The notes: generated from the sequence alone by a model not told the origin. A DNA stretch of 64,000 nt from an uncultured Clostridia bacterium (GCA_947628205.1 CANQYX010000003.1:665-64664), one strand, 5' to 3'; shown: positions 8,741 to 19,214, numbered from the stretch's first letter. Made by a program: numbers and translations.

Positions 8741-9075
8741 TAAAACAAACCGCCCATTCCGCCGGCCATGCCGCCCATTTTGCTGTTTTTAAGTTCCTCA
8801 ACCTTGGTTTGTGCGTCTTTAACCGCAACTAAAATAAGGTCCTCCAACATTTCAACATCGTCTGGGTCAACCGCAGTTTTATCTAACTTAATAGATTTAA
8901 ATTCGCCTTTGCCGCTCATTGTAACGGTAACCATTTCGCCACCAGCTTTGCCAACAACTTCGGCTTGCTCCAATTCCTCCTGTGCCTTTTGCATTTGCTC
9001 TTGCATTTTCCTTGCTTGGTTCATAAGGGCGTTCATATTCATGCCGCCACCAAAGCCACCATGACCATATGCCAT
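8740..9075 (-). CDS. ybaB: Nucleoid-associated protein YbaB/EbfC
   Basis: 111 aa with Gly/Met-rich ends and a core MQEQMQKAQEEL...VTVTMSGKGE. Sits between dnaX and recR. AAGGAG Shine-Dalgarno. Confidence 0.9.
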   Translation of the reverse strand: MAYGHGGFGGGMNMNALMNQARKMQEQMQKAQEELEQAEVVGKAGGEMVTVTMSGKGEFKSIKLDKTAVDPDDVEMLEDLILVAVKDAQTKVEELKNSKMGGMAGGMGGLF

Positions 9076-9088
9076 ATAAATTTCTCCT

Positions 9089-10639
9089 TTATTTAAATTG
9101 AATTTTGTTTTTAAAAACTTGCTTTAAATTGTCCTTAACATCCTGCGTGCTGGCATGATCCTTGTCATAAACCACTTCAACGGAAGCAAGGCTATCATCA
9201 AACAACTTTGCTGTTTTTAATATTACATCAATTCGGTCGGGATTGTCAATCATTTCAAAACTAGATAAATCATTTGTGTGCAATATTAATTTATGATTGG
9301 CTTCCTCAACTTTGTTAACCGACCTAAGCGCATTTATAAGCGCAAACATATTGTAATCTTTAAACTTAACAAGCACATTGCCCCATAAGCGTTCAATTTC
9401 GCTGCTTTGTTTTGGTTCGTCCAATTTTGGCTCTGTTGGCAATTGAACTTTATCCAACTGCGCTGGCGCGCTTGGCTGAGGAGTTGCAATTGGGGTTGCC
9501 TGCGTGGCAGGTTTTTGAGGCACAACTGCCGGTTGAACTGAACTTTGAGGTTCGCTAAAATTCGTGTCCACAAGCGACAAGCATGCACTTTCAAACAAAT
9601 TTTCTGGGTTTAAACTATATTTTAAATCCAATTCAACAGCGGCAAATTTTGAAAATGCCTGTTTTAAAAAGCCAATATCAAACTGCGCCGCCATTTCAGA
9701 AAACTGGCTGAATTCGCCCGGCATAATATCCAAAACGGCATAATCTCCAACACCAGATTTTATCATGACAAGATTTTTTATAAAATCTGCCATTTCCTTG
9801 CACAAAACTTGGATGTTTTTGCCCGTTCCCAGCGCGGATTTAACCGCCATAAACAAAGCGGAAATATCTTTATTTGCAATTGCCTGCAAAATGTTTTTTA
9901 TACTATCACGATTAGATAACCCAATAACCTTTTCGCACTGATCTATTGTTATTTTATAGTCACAAAACGAGGCAACGCTATCTGCAATTGAAAGCATATC
10001 TCTAACACTTCCTTCGCCCGCTTTTGCAATGGCGTATAAGCTTTTTTCGTCACACTCAATTTGCTTTTTGCTAAAAACATTTTTAAGGTGGTCTATTAAA
10101 GTGTTAATCGGCAACAGTTTAAAATCGAACCTTGTGCATCGCGAAAGAATTGTGGCTGGCAGTTTGTGAATTTCGGTTGTGGCAAGAATGAAAATTACAT
10201 GTTTAGGCGGTTCTTCCAAGGTTTTTAAAAGTGCGTTAAAGGCACTGTCTGTTAGCATGTGCACTTCGTCTATTATATAAACTTTATATTTGCCAATTAG
10301 GGGCGGGAAATTAACCTTTTCTCGCAAATCTCTAATTTCCTCCACCCGATTATTCGACGCCGCATCTATTTCAATTATGTCGGTGTTTGGCTCGCTTAAC
10401 GCAACGCATTCGGCACATAATCCACACGGATTGCCATCGGTTGAATGGGTGCAATTAACCGCACGTGCAAAAATTTTTGCTGTGCTGGTTTTGCCCGTTC
10501 CTCGTGGGCCACAAAACAAATATGCGTGTGTTAAACGATCCGTTTTAATTTGATTTTGCAGGGTTTTAATTATATATTCTTGCCCAACAACATCATCAAA
10601 ATTTTTCGGCCTAAACTCTCTATACAATGCTAAATTCAT
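9089..10639 (-). CDS. dnaX: DNA polymerase III subunit gamma/tau
   Basis: 516 aa. Walker A GPRGTGKTS, zinc module CGLCAEC, DEVHML box, SRC motif (LSRCTRF). Confidence 0.95.
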   Translation of the reverse strand: MNLALYREFRPKNFDDVVGQEYIIKTLQNQIKTDRLTHAYLFCGPRGTGKTSTAKIFARAVNCTHSTDGNPCGLCAECVALSEPNTDIIEIDAASNNRVEEIRDLREKVNFPPLIGKYKVYIIDEVHMLTDSAFNALLKTLEEPPKHVIFILATTEIHKLPATILSRCTRFDFKLLPINTLIDHLKNVFSKKQIECDEKSLYAIAKAGEGSVRDMLSIADSVASFCDYKITIDQCEKVIGLSNRDSIKNILQAIANKDISALFMAVKSALGTGKNIQVLCKEMADFIKNLVMIKSGVGDYAVLDIMPGEFSQFSEMAAQFDIGFLKQAFSKFAAVELDLKYSLNPENLFESACLSLVDTNFSEPQSSVQPAVVPQKPATQATPIATPQPSAPAQLDKVQLPTEPKLDEPKQSSEIERLWGNVLVKFKDYNMFALINALRSVNKVEEANHKLILHTNDLSSFEMIDNPDRIDVILKTAKLFDDSLASVEVVYDKDHASTQDVKDNLKQVFKNKIQFK

Positions 10640-10657
10640 ATTTTCTCCTTTATAAAT

Positions 10658-11257
10658 TTAAATCTCACCTTTTATGCTGTGCAATTTGCGTTTTATGGCT
10701 TGCAGGGTGTTGTCCACCTGCTTGGTTGTTACATCCAGCATTTCCGCCATCTGCGAATAACTCAGCCCGTTTAAAAACATTTTTAACATATTAAATTGTT
10801 GCTCGGTTAAAAGGTTTTTAACCTTACTTATAACAATTGCTGTTAGTTCTTTGTCTATATACTCTTTTTCAATATCACTATTATCGTCAACAATAACCAA
10901 CTTAAAACTTTTGTTGCCATCGTCGCCCACTCCGCCATAATAATTTATTGGAAGATAGCTGTTTAGTGGGGCGTTTTTTATTCTATTTGCATTTTTAACC
11001 GCATTCTGCAACTGCCTGTGTATGCAAAGCGAGGCAAAGGCACTAAAATTGTGGTTTTTGGTTTTGTCGTAAACCATAATGGCCTTATACAAGCCAATCA
11101 TCCCTTCCTGAATTAAATCATCATCATCGGCACCAATCAAAAAATATTCGCGCGAAATTGCAATTACTTTTGGCTTGAACATGCGCAGCAAATTCTCCAT
11201 CGCTTGCTCGTTTTGTTTTTGTGCCTCTTCAATTAAAGTTAGCACTTCATCTTGCAC
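10658..11257 (-). CDS. sigH: Sigma-70 family sigma factor, SigH-like
   Basis: Region 2 DDLIQEGMIGLYKAI and region 4 HTH LSYSQMAEMLDVTTKQVDNTLQAIKRKL. mrnC-rlmB-sigH order as in Bacillus. I start it at GTG 11257, preceded by AAGGAGG. The ORF-track start at 11284 is a TTG with no Shine-Dalgarno. The start is uncertain. Confidence 0.75.
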   Translation of the reverse strand: MQDEVLTLIEEAQKQNEQAMENLLRMFKPKVIAISREYFLIGADDDDLIQEGMIGLYKAIMVYDKTKNHNFSAFASLCIHRQLQNAVKNANRIKNAPLNSYLPINYYGGVGDDGNKSFKLVIVDDNSDIEKEYIDKELTAIVISKVKNLLTEQQFNMLKMFLNGLSYSQMAEMLDVTTKQVDNTLQAIKRKLHSIKGEI

Positions 11258-11290
11258 AAATCCTCCTTTTCTTTGGTTAAACAAAGTTGT

Positions 11291-12007
11291 TTATTTAACC
11301 CGCTGCCTTAAAACCTCATAAATTCCAATTGCAGCCGCGTTAGATGCATTTAAACTGTTAACTTTGCCAAACATATCTAACGACAAAACCTCATCCACAC
11401 TTTCCTTAACTAAGCGCGAAACGCCCTTGCCTTCGCCCCCAATTACAAGCGCGGTTGGATAGGTGAAATCTGCCTTATAAATACGCTTATTTCCTGCTTC
11501 TAAGGCATAAACCCAAATGCCTGCCTGTTTTAGTTTTTCAATTGTGCGCGTTAAATTTACAACTTTGGCAATCTTAACATGGCAAACCGCGCCCGCGCTG
11601 GTTTTATAAACAGTGTCGGTTATATCACACGCTCTATTTTCTGGAATTATAACGCCATGCACGCCAGCGCATTCACAAGTTCTAATTATCGCGCCCAAAT
11701 TGTGCGGATCCATAATTCCATCTAAAATAACAACAAATGGTTTTTGCCCTTTTTTCTCGGCAAGCGCAAGCATATCTTCCACTTCTACATATTTATAATT
11801 TGGCACGAACGCCAAAACACTCTGCGTATTGGCACGAATTTTATCCAAATCCGTTTTTGCTAAAATTTCCAATTTAACGCCTAAATTTTTTGCGCGTTCA
11901 ACAATTTTTTGCAAATTTAAGTTATTGCTGTTTTCCACCAAAATTTTTTCTATTTTTGAATTAGAATTCAACAATTCATTAACCACATTTATCCCTTCAA
12001 CAATCAT
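11291..12007 (-). CDS. rlmB: 23S rRNA (guanosine-2'-O-)-methyltransferase RlmB (SpoU/TrmH family)
   Basis: 238 aa. SPOUT motifs LDGIMDPHNLGAIIRT, LVIGGEGKGVS, SLNASNAAAIGIYE. Overlaps the mrnC stop by 4 nt. Confidence 0.85.
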   Translation of the reverse strand: MIVEGINVVNELLNSNSKIEKILVENSNNLNLQKIVERAKNLGVKLEILAKTDLDKIRANTQSVLAFVPNYKYVEVEDMLALAEKKGQKPFVVILDGIMDPHNLGAIIRTCECAGVHGVIIPENRACDITDTVYKTSAGAVCHVKIAKVVNLTRTIEKLKQAGIWVYALEAGNKRIYKADFTYPTALVIGGEGKGVSRLVKESVDEVLSLDMFGKVNSLNASNAAAIGIYEVLRQRVK

Positions 12008-12390
12008 AATTTACCCACCACATATTTATTAAAAATTTTTTCCAACCTTTGAAAATCTTGTTTCAAATAAATATAACCTATAACCGCTTCAAATTGGGTG
12101 GCCTTGTTATACTCCTCCACCGAACTATGCTTTGCCTTGCTGTGATTGTGGCTGTTCCTTGCGCGAAGCATAATTTCCAATTCATCGTCAGTTAAATCGC
12201 TTTTTATCTCGTCCAACAAAATGGCTTGAGAGCTGGCGCACACAACCGAATTTGCAATTTTATTTAACCCGCTTGGTTTTAAGTCATGATTTTTAACCAA
12301 ATATTCTCTAACCATTAAACTAAAAACACTATCACCCAAATAGGCAAGTGACAAAACATTTTTTAAATAATAATTAGCATCTTTATCCAC
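12004..12390 (-). CDS. mrnC: Mini-ribonuclease III
   Basis: 128 aa. RNase III signature LAYLGDSVFSLMVREY and QFEAVIGYIYL. GTG start at 12390. Confidence 0.8.
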   Translation of the reverse strand: MDKDANYYLKNVLSLAYLGDSVFSLMVREYLVKNHDLKPSGLNKIANSVVCASSQAILLDEIKSDLTDDELEIMLRARNSHNHSKAKHSSVEEYNKATQFEAVIGYIYLKQDFQRLEKIFNKYVVGKL

Positions 12391-12396
12391 AAAGAT

Positions 12397-12425
12397 ATTA
12401 TATCATAAAATAAAATAAATGTAAA
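12397..12425 (-). promoter_or_regulatory. Promoter of the mrnC string; -10 ends 6 nt before the start codon (leaderless-type)
   Basis: TTTACA (12425-12420), 17 nt, TGaTATAAT (-10 at 12402-12397), ATCTTT, GTG at 12390. No Shine-Dalgarno. Confidence 0.6.
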
Positions 12426-12503
12426 GTATCCCAACCAAAATTTTGTTGTAAAAAAATATAAATAATTTTCTTTTTAACAAAAATTTTTTATAATTATTAA
12501 AAA

Positions 12504-12600
12504 TTTTTAATTTTTTTTATTAATTTTTACGCATTTTTGCAATTTTTTATAATTTTTTTATAATTTTTTTATAATTTTTTGCCCACATATAAAATTTTTT
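12504..12600. repeat. Phased T-tract array (A1-3 T5-8 every 9-11 nt)
   Basis: T-runs start at 12524, 12534, 12543, 12553, 12564 and 12575, giving spacings of 10, 9, 10, 11 and 11. Units such as ATAATTTTTTT are repeated. Confidence 0.85.
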
Positions 12601-12618
12601 GTTTCACATAATATTTTT

Positions 12619-12834
12619 ATGTATTACAACTATCACGCCATCGCAAAAAAATTAATATCTAATGGGCACATATTAGGTGCTTCTTTCTTCGATAGATATA
12701 GGCATATTTCGCCCGCACTTGTTTTATATTTTGATAATCATAAGCCAATTCCAATAAGGGAATATATGTGGGACGTTTATTTGCCAATTTTAAAAGAAAA
12801 ATCAATAAAAATTTTAAAAAATAATGAAAATTAA
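12619..12834 (+). CDS. Small conserved-looking hypothetical protein (71 aa)
   Basis: MYYNYHAIAKKLISNGHILGASFF...ISPALVLYFDNHKPIPIREYMW resembles, from memory only, a small protein family common in Clostridia. No Shine-Dalgarno. CATAAT lies 6 nt upstream of the ATG. Confidence 0.4.
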   Translation: MYYNYHAIAKKLISNGHILGASFFDRYRHISPALVLYFDNHKPIPIREYMWDVYLPILKEKSIKILKNNEN

Positions 12835-12917
12835 TGCAAAAAATTAAAAAAATTCATAAAAAATACTTTAATTTGTTAAAATTTTTCAATTTTTTATATT
12901 TTTATGAATCTTTTAAA

Positions 12918-15900
12918 TTATAATAACTCGCCAGTTTCAATTGAATAAATTAATGTTTTATCCACCTTTTTATTGAAGGCCTTTTCAACTGCCAATTTAT
13001 ACAATTCCAGCTGCTCGCTATATTTTTGTTTTAAAATGTCAATTGGCAAGCGAGAAAATTTATAATCCACAATGGTAATGCTATTTTCATATTCAATTAT
13101 TAAATCCACCACGCCCTGAATTAAAACCTTATCTTTAACCGTGCTATTAACAACTTCATTGTATGGCACATACATCATAAAATCTGCTTCGTGCTTTATG
13201 TTAATTGCATTTTTTGCCAACGGGCTTAAAATTTTGTGGGCTTGTTTTATTTTTTCATAATCCACATCGTCGAACGACCTTTCTGCTTCTATGTAGGGTT
13301 TTGTTAAATCTAAATTTTCCAACTCTTTATGATAATGCACGCCAATTGATGCTCTATCCTCTCCCACCTCATATTGAATTGATGGGCTAAGCCATTTTTT
13401 AGTTTCAAATTTATATTCTTGCGAAATTTTGCTGTTTAAGCCCGTAACCGTGTTTTTAAAAGGAATTGAAAATTTGTCTTTATCCTTATAGTCAAAATTT
13501 TCATAAAATTTGTTTATTTTTCTATTAGATTTTTCTTGCAAATTTTCAAGCTCAATTTTGTCCACAAACTGAAATTGATGATTTGCAGATTCTTCAAAAT
13601 TGTCAAAGCAAGATAATATGATATTCAAATAATTATTCTTTGGCAAATTATTTTTAAAGTTGCCATCCGATTCGCCCGTTATTATCAACTTATTTTTTGC
13701 GCGCGTCATGGCAACATATAAAAGGCGCAACTCCTCTTTATAACCCTTATCAAAATTTGCCAATTTTATTGCATATTTTGTTAAACTATAACATTTTGTT
13801 CGCGTTGGCAAATCAAAATAATCAACGCCAAAGCCGATGTTCGAGTTAAAGTTTATTGCATCTTTTTCGCGCACAAAACCCAACTCTTTAGCACTATTAA
13901 AAATAAACACAACAGGATATTCCAACCCCTTGCTTTTATGAATGGTTTGTATTGTAACACTGTTTTCTCCATCCGTTTGCAAAAAGGTGTTAGATTTAGT
14001 TAAATTGCTTTCAACAAGTTCAACAAACTCGGCAAGATTTAAATTATTTTCGTTGGTTGAAATATGATTTAAGAACTCTTCAATTTGGCCAAGTTCGCGC
14101 TCGCCATTTTCAAGCCTTAAAATGTAATATTTCAATTTGTTGTCGTTTAAAATAGACCTAATTAATTCGCTGTTAGTTTTTGTGTAGGAGTTGTTTTTTA
14201 TGCTTTCTAAAGTGGCAAAACAATTTTTAATTTTTTCGTTTTGCAAATTTTCTATTAAATTTTCTTTAAACGATTTTTTTATATCGCGCAAGGCAATAAT
14301 TTCATTAATTTCCATATCTGTTAAACACAGCAGAACCGCTAAATAATCAACATCGTCAGCAGTGTTGTTAACGCATTTTAAAATGGAAAGAATTAATTTT
14401 ATCCCTTCGCTTTGTGCAATGTTTAATTTGTTGTTGATATTAACAGGTATTCCCCCAGCACGCAAAACATCAATTAAAGTTGACGTTTCTTCATCTTTTT
14501 CAGCACGCGTTAATATTGCAATATCGCTAAATTTTAATATTCGTTTGGTTTTTAAGTTTGCATCATAAAATGTTGTGCCAACCATTTTTGAAATTTGTTT
14601 AAAAACCAAAATCGATTCGTTATATCCCTTTTTAATTTGTTGGCATTCCTCATGGTTTTTCACGCTGTAAACGCCCGAAAGTTGCTCTTTTGTGTCCGAA
14701 TTATATGCCAACAAAATTTTAACTTTATCGTCTACAATATCCTTTCGCTCTGGCTCAATTATGCAATCTTTTTTATAATCCACATCACCACACGATTTCA
14801 ACATTAATTTAGAAAAAACAGTGTTAACAAAATTCAATATTTTGGGGTTAGACCTAAAATTGCAGTTCATGTCAAAAGCCATGCCTTCTTTTTCTTGCTT
14901 GAAGCCATTATATTTTTTTATAAACCATTCCGGACTTGCCCCGCGGAATCCATAAATTGACTGTTTAACATCGCCAACAAAAAACACTTTTGTTTTGTTT
15001 GTTATTATTTTATTTATTAAAGCATCTTGCAGCGGATTAACATCCTGATATTCATCCACAAAAATATGTGTATATTTTTGCTGCAATTCGGATTTAACTT
15101 TTTTGTTTTCCAAAAGTTTTAGCATTAACCTATTTAAATCGTTAAAATCTATATAGTTATTTTTTTGTTTAAGCGTGTTATAATTTTTTATAAAATCCTT
15201 TATCAATTGAATAATCAATTTAAAATAATTTGCAACTTTTGCATTTTTCTCGTCATATTTTTCGTCTATGCCACTTTCCAAAAGCTTATTTACAAAAGCA
15301 TTGTAATTGTCCAACTCGTCAGCGAAAGACATAACATCAACATCTTTTTTTATGTCTGTTTTGGTAAATTTTTTAAATTGTGTTAAAGCTTTTAAATTAT
15401 GTTTTAAAATTAAATTTTTATTAACTTGTTGCAAATTATTATATATTTCGTTCAATCTATCCGCAAAAATTTCAGATTGGCAATTTTTAATTGCAGTTTT
15501 TAGTTTTTCCACTTGAAAAACAATTGCATCGTTAACAATTTTTTCGCTTATTTGCGGGTTTAAATATTCATTTAAACTTTTATTTAAAAACTCTTCGTAT
15601 TCTTCTATATTTATAACTTTGTTGTAGCAATCTAAAATTATTTTTTCTATTTCTGAAATGTGCCTATTTTTGCCACCAAAAAGATCCAACAAAAAGGCAA
15701 GATTATCCCCCTGTTTAGAAAAATTGTTTAATGTAATTTTTATCGCACGGTTCAAATAATAATCGCGCGTAGATTCTGGCAATATTTCAATATTTGGAGA
15801 AATGTTTAATTCATAAAAATATTTTTTTATAGTTTTAGAAGCAAACCCGTCTATTGTATCAATGCTGGCAGTTTTTGTTTGTTCAATTAAATTAAGCAAA

Positions 15901-16160
15901 TGCTCTTTTTCTTGTTCTGTTTTTGCTTGGCCAAGTTTTTCTAAAAAATTTGCAATCAATCTATCTTTCATTTCACCCGCAGCAAGCACGGTAAAAGTTA
16001 CAACCAGCAAATTTTCAATTGGCAGATTTTCATTTAGCACCAGATTAGAAATTTTTTCTATCATAATTGTAGTTTTTCCGCTGCCCGCACCTGCCGAAAC
16101 AAGTTGATTATTATTTTTACAATCTAGAATTTCGCGTTGAACACCTTTAAACTCTTTCAT
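12918..16160 (-). CDS. addA: Helicase-exonuclease AddAB, subunit AddA
   Basis: UvrD-type motifs GAGSGKTT and VDEYQDVNP, plus a C-terminal PD-(D/E)xK segment (QGVVDLIIEY...VDYKF). Start set at ATG 16160 behind GGAGG (16167-16171). Overlaps the addB stop by 14 nt. Confidence 0.9.
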   Translation of the reverse strand: MKEFKGVQREILDCKNNNQLVSAGAGSGKTTIMIEKISNLVLNENLPIENLLVVTFTVLAAGEMKDRLIANFLEKLGQAKTEQEKEHLLNLIEQTKTASIDTIDGFASKTIKKYFYELNISPNIEILPESTRDYYLNRAIKITLNNFSKQGDNLAFLLDLFGGKNRHISEIEKIILDCYNKVINIEEYEEFLNKSLNEYLNPQISEKIVNDAIVFQVEKLKTAIKNCQSEIFADRLNEIYNNLQQVNKNLILKHNLKALTQFKKFTKTDIKKDVDVMSFADELDNYNAFVNKLLESGIDEKYDEKNAKVANYFKLIIQLIKDFIKNYNTLKQKNNYIDFNDLNRLMLKLLENKKVKSELQQKYTHIFVDEYQDVNPLQDALINKIITNKTKVFFVGDVKQSIYGFRGASPEWFIKKYNGFKQEKEGMAFDMNCNFRSNPKILNFVNTVFSKLMLKSCGDVDYKKDCIIEPERKDIVDDKVKILLAYNSDTKEQLSGVYSVKNHEECQQIKKGYNESILVFKQISKMVGTTFYDANLKTKRILKFSDIAILTRAEKDEETSTLIDVLRAGGIPVNINNKLNIAQSEGIKLILSILKCVNNTADDVDYLAVLLCLTDMEINEIIALRDIKKSFKENLIENLQNEKIKNCFATLESIKNNSYTKTNSELIRSILNDNKLKYYILRLENGERELGQIEEFLNHISTNENNLNLAEFVELVESNLTKSNTFLQTDGENSVTIQTIHKSKGLEYPVVFIFNSAKELGFVREKDAINFNSNIGFGVDYFDLPTRTKCYSLTKYAIKLANFDKGYKEELRLLYVAMTRAKNKLIITGESDGNFKNNLPKNNYLNIILSCFDNFEESANHQFQFVDKIELENLQEKSNRKINKFYENFDYKDKDKFSIPFKNTVTGLNSKISQEYKFETKKWLSPSIQYEVGEDRASIGVHYHKELENLDLTKPYIEAERSFDDVDYEKIKQAHKILSPLAKNAINIKHEADFMMYVPYNEVVNSTVKDKVLIQGVVDLIIEYENSITIVDYKFSRLPIDILKQKYSEQLELYKLAVEKAFNKKVDKTLIYSIETGELL

Positions 16161-19100
16161 TTTCTGCCTCCAAGTTAAAACTATCAATTGCAACTTCGCT
16201 AGCAGTTCTATAAATTATATTAGAAGTTGCACGCATGCAAATATGTGAATATGGGCAATAGCTGCATATACTTGTTATTTCTGATGGACTTGGCTTAATA
16301 TATCCGCTTTTAATTTCTTCAACCGCGTTTTCGCTAACCAATTTTACATAATTTTTCAACTTGTCCATCTCGTTAGATTTAAGCTCTTTATTGCCACGAT
16401 AGCTGCGCGCCAACAGGTCATTTGTTAAAGTTATATTAACTATTTCGCTTTTCATTGATGGTTGCAAAGTTTTATCCATGGCATGCACAATGTCTTTATC
16501 ATTAACGAAAAACCCTTTAAGCGAATAATTATTTTTCTCCCCACGTTTAAAATCGTTGTGAATTGGCAGATAGAACTCGCCCACAACTTTCGATTTTAAA
16601 TTTTGTTCCATGGCAAGCGCATATAAAAACAATTGAAGTTTGTTGCCAAAATAAAGCTCTTTTAAGCTTGCATCCGCAACGCCAGATTTGTAATCAATAA
16701 CGCGCAAACTGTTGGTAGATTCATCATAATCCACCCTATCCACTTTGCCAACAATTGCGATGTTGTTAAGTTTAAGTGCGTCTTTATCTTTAAATTCCAG
16801 CTCAAAACGGTATGGCACAAAAAGCGAATTTTCGTCAATGTGATTCAACCCCTCAATAACCCTAAACAATTCATCAATTAAATTGGTTATAATTGGGCTA
16901 TTAGCATTGGTTTTTAAGCGTTCATCTCTATCCAAAATTTGAAATATTTTTGTTTTGCAGAACTCTAAAACATCGCCAACTTGCTTGTTGCGATTGTAAT
17001 ATTCATACAAAATTTCATGAATAATATTGCCCACATCGAGTGATGTTATCTCATTTTTTTCGCGCGGAGAAATTTTTAAAATGTAATTTAAAAAATAATT
17101 AAACGGGCATTTAAAATATGTTTCCAGTTTGGAAGCAGAAATTGTGTTAAAATTATCAAAAATTTTTAAATTTTCTTGTGAAATTTGCAAAAATTCTTTA
17201 TTTTTTATTGTTTTTTCGTTAATTTGCAAATTTTCTTTATCTTTTTTACAATAAAATTCTATTGCATCCCAATATGAAAGTGCAACATATTCATCGTACA
17301 TTATCTCGCTTTTAATTGGAACAGGATTTATGCCATTTTCTGTTTTTATTTTAACTTTGCCAACAATTTCTTTAATTAAATTGCTTGGAGTGTGCGAATA
17401 AGTTGCAGTCAACTTATTTTCAAACATTGTGGCCAAATTAAACAAACGCAATTTGCTTAATCTGTTTATATGTGCAATTGTTGGTGCAAGTTTATTTTTA
17501 AAGTTCAGCTCGTCAATTTCGTTATCCAAAATTATGCCGCAATCCTGCTTTAAGCTTGGCGCAGTTTCGCTTGTGCAATTAATGATGTATAAGTTATTAA
17601 ATATTTCCATAACATTGTCGGCATCCACAATTTTAACAGCATCCAAGTTTAATGGTAAATTATTAAATTTTGCAAGGTTGGAGATGTGCAAAAAAATGTC
17701 TAAAAAATATTCCATTTTTGCATACGAGTATTGCGCACAAATATCATCCACCATATTAAACAAAATATCTTTTGATTTTTTCAACATCAATTGTTCTTGC
17801 AAATCAATTTTTTCGTTGGCAAGCGAAGTTAACGTTTCGTCAAAATTCAATATTTCATCCGCATTTTTTAAAATTTGAACAAATTGAGTTATGGTTGTAT
17901 CGCCATTTATTTCAAAAATATTTAAAAATTTAATTAATTTATTTTGAATTTCGCCATAATCTTTGCCTAAATTTAAATTTTTTATGTTTCCATAATCAAA
18001 ATTTAGCAATTTTTCAATCAATTTTTGTTTTTGCTCAATTTCCATGCTGAAAAATGGCGAATTTATTATATCTATTAAATTTACAATTTCATAACCATTT
18101 AGGTAGTATTTTAACACACTGCAAACAAATTTATATAAAATGCTTTGATTAATCGAAAATTGCGTGTCCAAATAAAAATTTATTTCATATTTTTTAAAAA
18201 TTTCTTTAATTTTGGATATATTTTCAGTCAAATTGTAAACAGCAACTCCAAAATTTTCAAACTTTTTGCCTTTGATGATTTCATTTTTTATGCTTCTTGC
18301 TACCCTTTCAATTTCCATTTCAATGCTGTTGCCAGAAAAAATTTCAAGACAATCTGAGGTTACAATTTCATTTTGTTCTGTTCCAAAAATATTTTTATTT
18401 AAAAATTCTTTAAGTTCGTTTGCCTTGTATTCGCTATTTTCAACTTCAAATTTAAGTTGATTTATATATGCAATATTTTTAAGTTGGCTAAACATTTCGC
18501 TGTTATAAATATACTTGTTTGACGCTTGCGAAAAATAATTTACAACGTTAACCTCGCATTTCTTTGCAAGTTGCTCGATTATTGAATATTCAACCGCAGT
18601 AAAATCGTCAAATCCACAAAAAATCAGTTTTTTATTCTCCACATCGTTCGCAACAGAAAAGGCGGAAAGCAAAAACACATCGGTTGCATCCAGTTTGCCC
18701 GCTTTATCATTTGTATAATATTCATAAACGAGCTGAAGGTCGTGAATTTTGCCAGTTAATTGCGCATTTGAGCAAGCAAAATTTTTCATTTCCTCTGGCT
18801 CAATTTTGGAAGCTTTTAATTGATTTATTGTATTGAAAACACTTTCCGCATAACTAAATGAATATGCTTTATTTTTAAAAACTTCAAATTCGTTTACATG
18901 TTCATTCAAAATTTTGTTAACCAAAATTATTCCGCCAAGCGAAGAAATTTGTTTTTCTTTATCCACAACGCAATTCCGTTTTGCAAATCTATTTAGCGTG
19001 CTAACCTTTATGTTAAAACTTGCAGATATGTTCAATTGTTCAAAAATAAATTTTTCCATGAACAAACTTAGTTTATCTGGCACAATAATTTCAATTTCAT

Positions 19101-19179
19101 CCGCTGCATGTTTGCGGCAAAAATCTGCCACAACATGTTGTGAATTGTAAAAAGATGGCGTATTAATTACCCTAATCAT
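16147..19179 (-). CDS. addB: Helicase-exonuclease AddAB, subunit AddB/RexB
   Basis: About 1010 aa, upstream of addA. Nuclease motif GKVDRVD...VIDYKSG and C-terminal Fe-S cysteines CSYCPYSHIC. Start moved to ATG 19179 because the -10 hexamer lies between the two candidate ATGs. Confidence 0.85.
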   Translation of the reverse strand: MIRVINTPSFYNSQHVVADFCRKHAADEIEIIVPDKLSLFMEKFIFEQLNISASFNIKVSTLNRFAKRNCVVDKEKQISSLGGIILVNKILNEHVNEFEVFKNKAYSFSYAESVFNTINQLKASKIEPEEMKNFACSNAQLTGKIHDLQLVYEYYTNDKAGKLDATDVFLLSAFSVANDVENKKLIFCGFDDFTAVEYSIIEQLAKKCEVNVVNYFSQASNKYIYNSEMFSQLKNIAYINQLKFEVENSEYKANELKEFLNKNIFGTEQNEIVTSDCLEIFSGNSIEMEIERVARSIKNEIIKGKKFENFGVAVYNLTENISKIKEIFKKYEINFYLDTQFSINQSILYKFVCSVLKYYLNGYEIVNLIDIINSPFFSMEIEQKQKLIEKLLNFDYGNIKNLNLGKDYGEIQNKLIKFLNIFEINGDTTITQFVQILKNADEILNFDETLTSLANEKIDLQEQLMLKKSKDILFNMVDDICAQYSYAKMEYFLDIFLHISNLAKFNNLPLNLDAVKIVDADNVMEIFNNLYIINCTSETAPSLKQDCGIILDNEIDELNFKNKLAPTIAHINRLSKLRLFNLATMFENKLTATYSHTPSNLIKEIVGKVKIKTENGINPVPIKSEIMYDEYVALSYWDAIEFYCKKDKENLQINEKTIKNKEFLQISQENLKIFDNFNTISASKLETYFKCPFNYFLNYILKISPREKNEITSLDVGNIIHEILYEYYNRNKQVGDVLEFCKTKIFQILDRDERLKTNANSPIITNLIDELFRVIEGLNHIDENSLFVPYRFELEFKDKDALKLNNIAIVGKVDRVDYDESTNSLRVIDYKSGVADASLKELYFGNKLQLFLYALAMEQNLKSKVVGEFYLPIHNDFKRGEKNNYSLKGFFVNDKDIVHAMDKTLQPSMKSEIVNITLTNDLLARSYRGNKELKSNEMDKLKNYVKLVSENAVEEIKSGYIKPSPSEITSICSYCPYSHICMRATSNIIYRTASEVAIDSFNLEAENERV

Positions 19180-19185
19180 GCATTC

Positions 19186-19214
19186 ATTGTAGCACATTTC
19201 GCCAATTTTTGCAA
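19186..19214 (-). promoter_or_regulatory. addBA promoter; -10 ends 6 nt before ATG (leaderless-type)
   Basis: TTGCAA (19214-19209), 17 nt, TGcTACAAT (-10 at 19191-19186), GAATGC, ATG at 19179. Confidence 0.55.

Noticed and set aside
10041-10047. An A6G run on the dnaX coding strand as a possible programmed -1 frameshift site (E. coli gamma/tau style).
   Set aside because: The register is GA-A AAA AGC rather than A-AAA-AAG. It lies at about codon 198 of 516, which is far too early. No downstream stem-loop is evident.
10640-10657. Expected SRP RNA (scRNA/ffs) upstream of dnaX, as in Bacillus (tadA-scr-dnaX).
   Set aside because: Only 18 nt separate sigH and dnaX here, and tadA (59831-60295) is followed directly by a terminator and hup. 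There is no room for, or sequence resembling, the SRP Alu or S domain.
17429-17878. A 149-aa plus-strand ORF, and the similar 18145-18460 and 18914-19150 ORFs, opposite addB. Also 13205-16107 ORFs opposite addA.
   Set aside because: Antisense to well-supported helicase-nuclease genes. These are AT-rich shadow frames.
19197-19197. N-terminal extensions in the ORF track: 11284, 16193, 19197, 23534, 30673, 30722, 35889, 38504, 56292, 57209, 58327, 58906, 59747 and 60683.
   Set aside because: These starts are TTG/GTG or ATG codons lying inside promoters or upstream of clear Shine-Dalgarno-plus-ATG combinations. I trimmed them to the supported starts given in the feature list. The start positions remain predictions.
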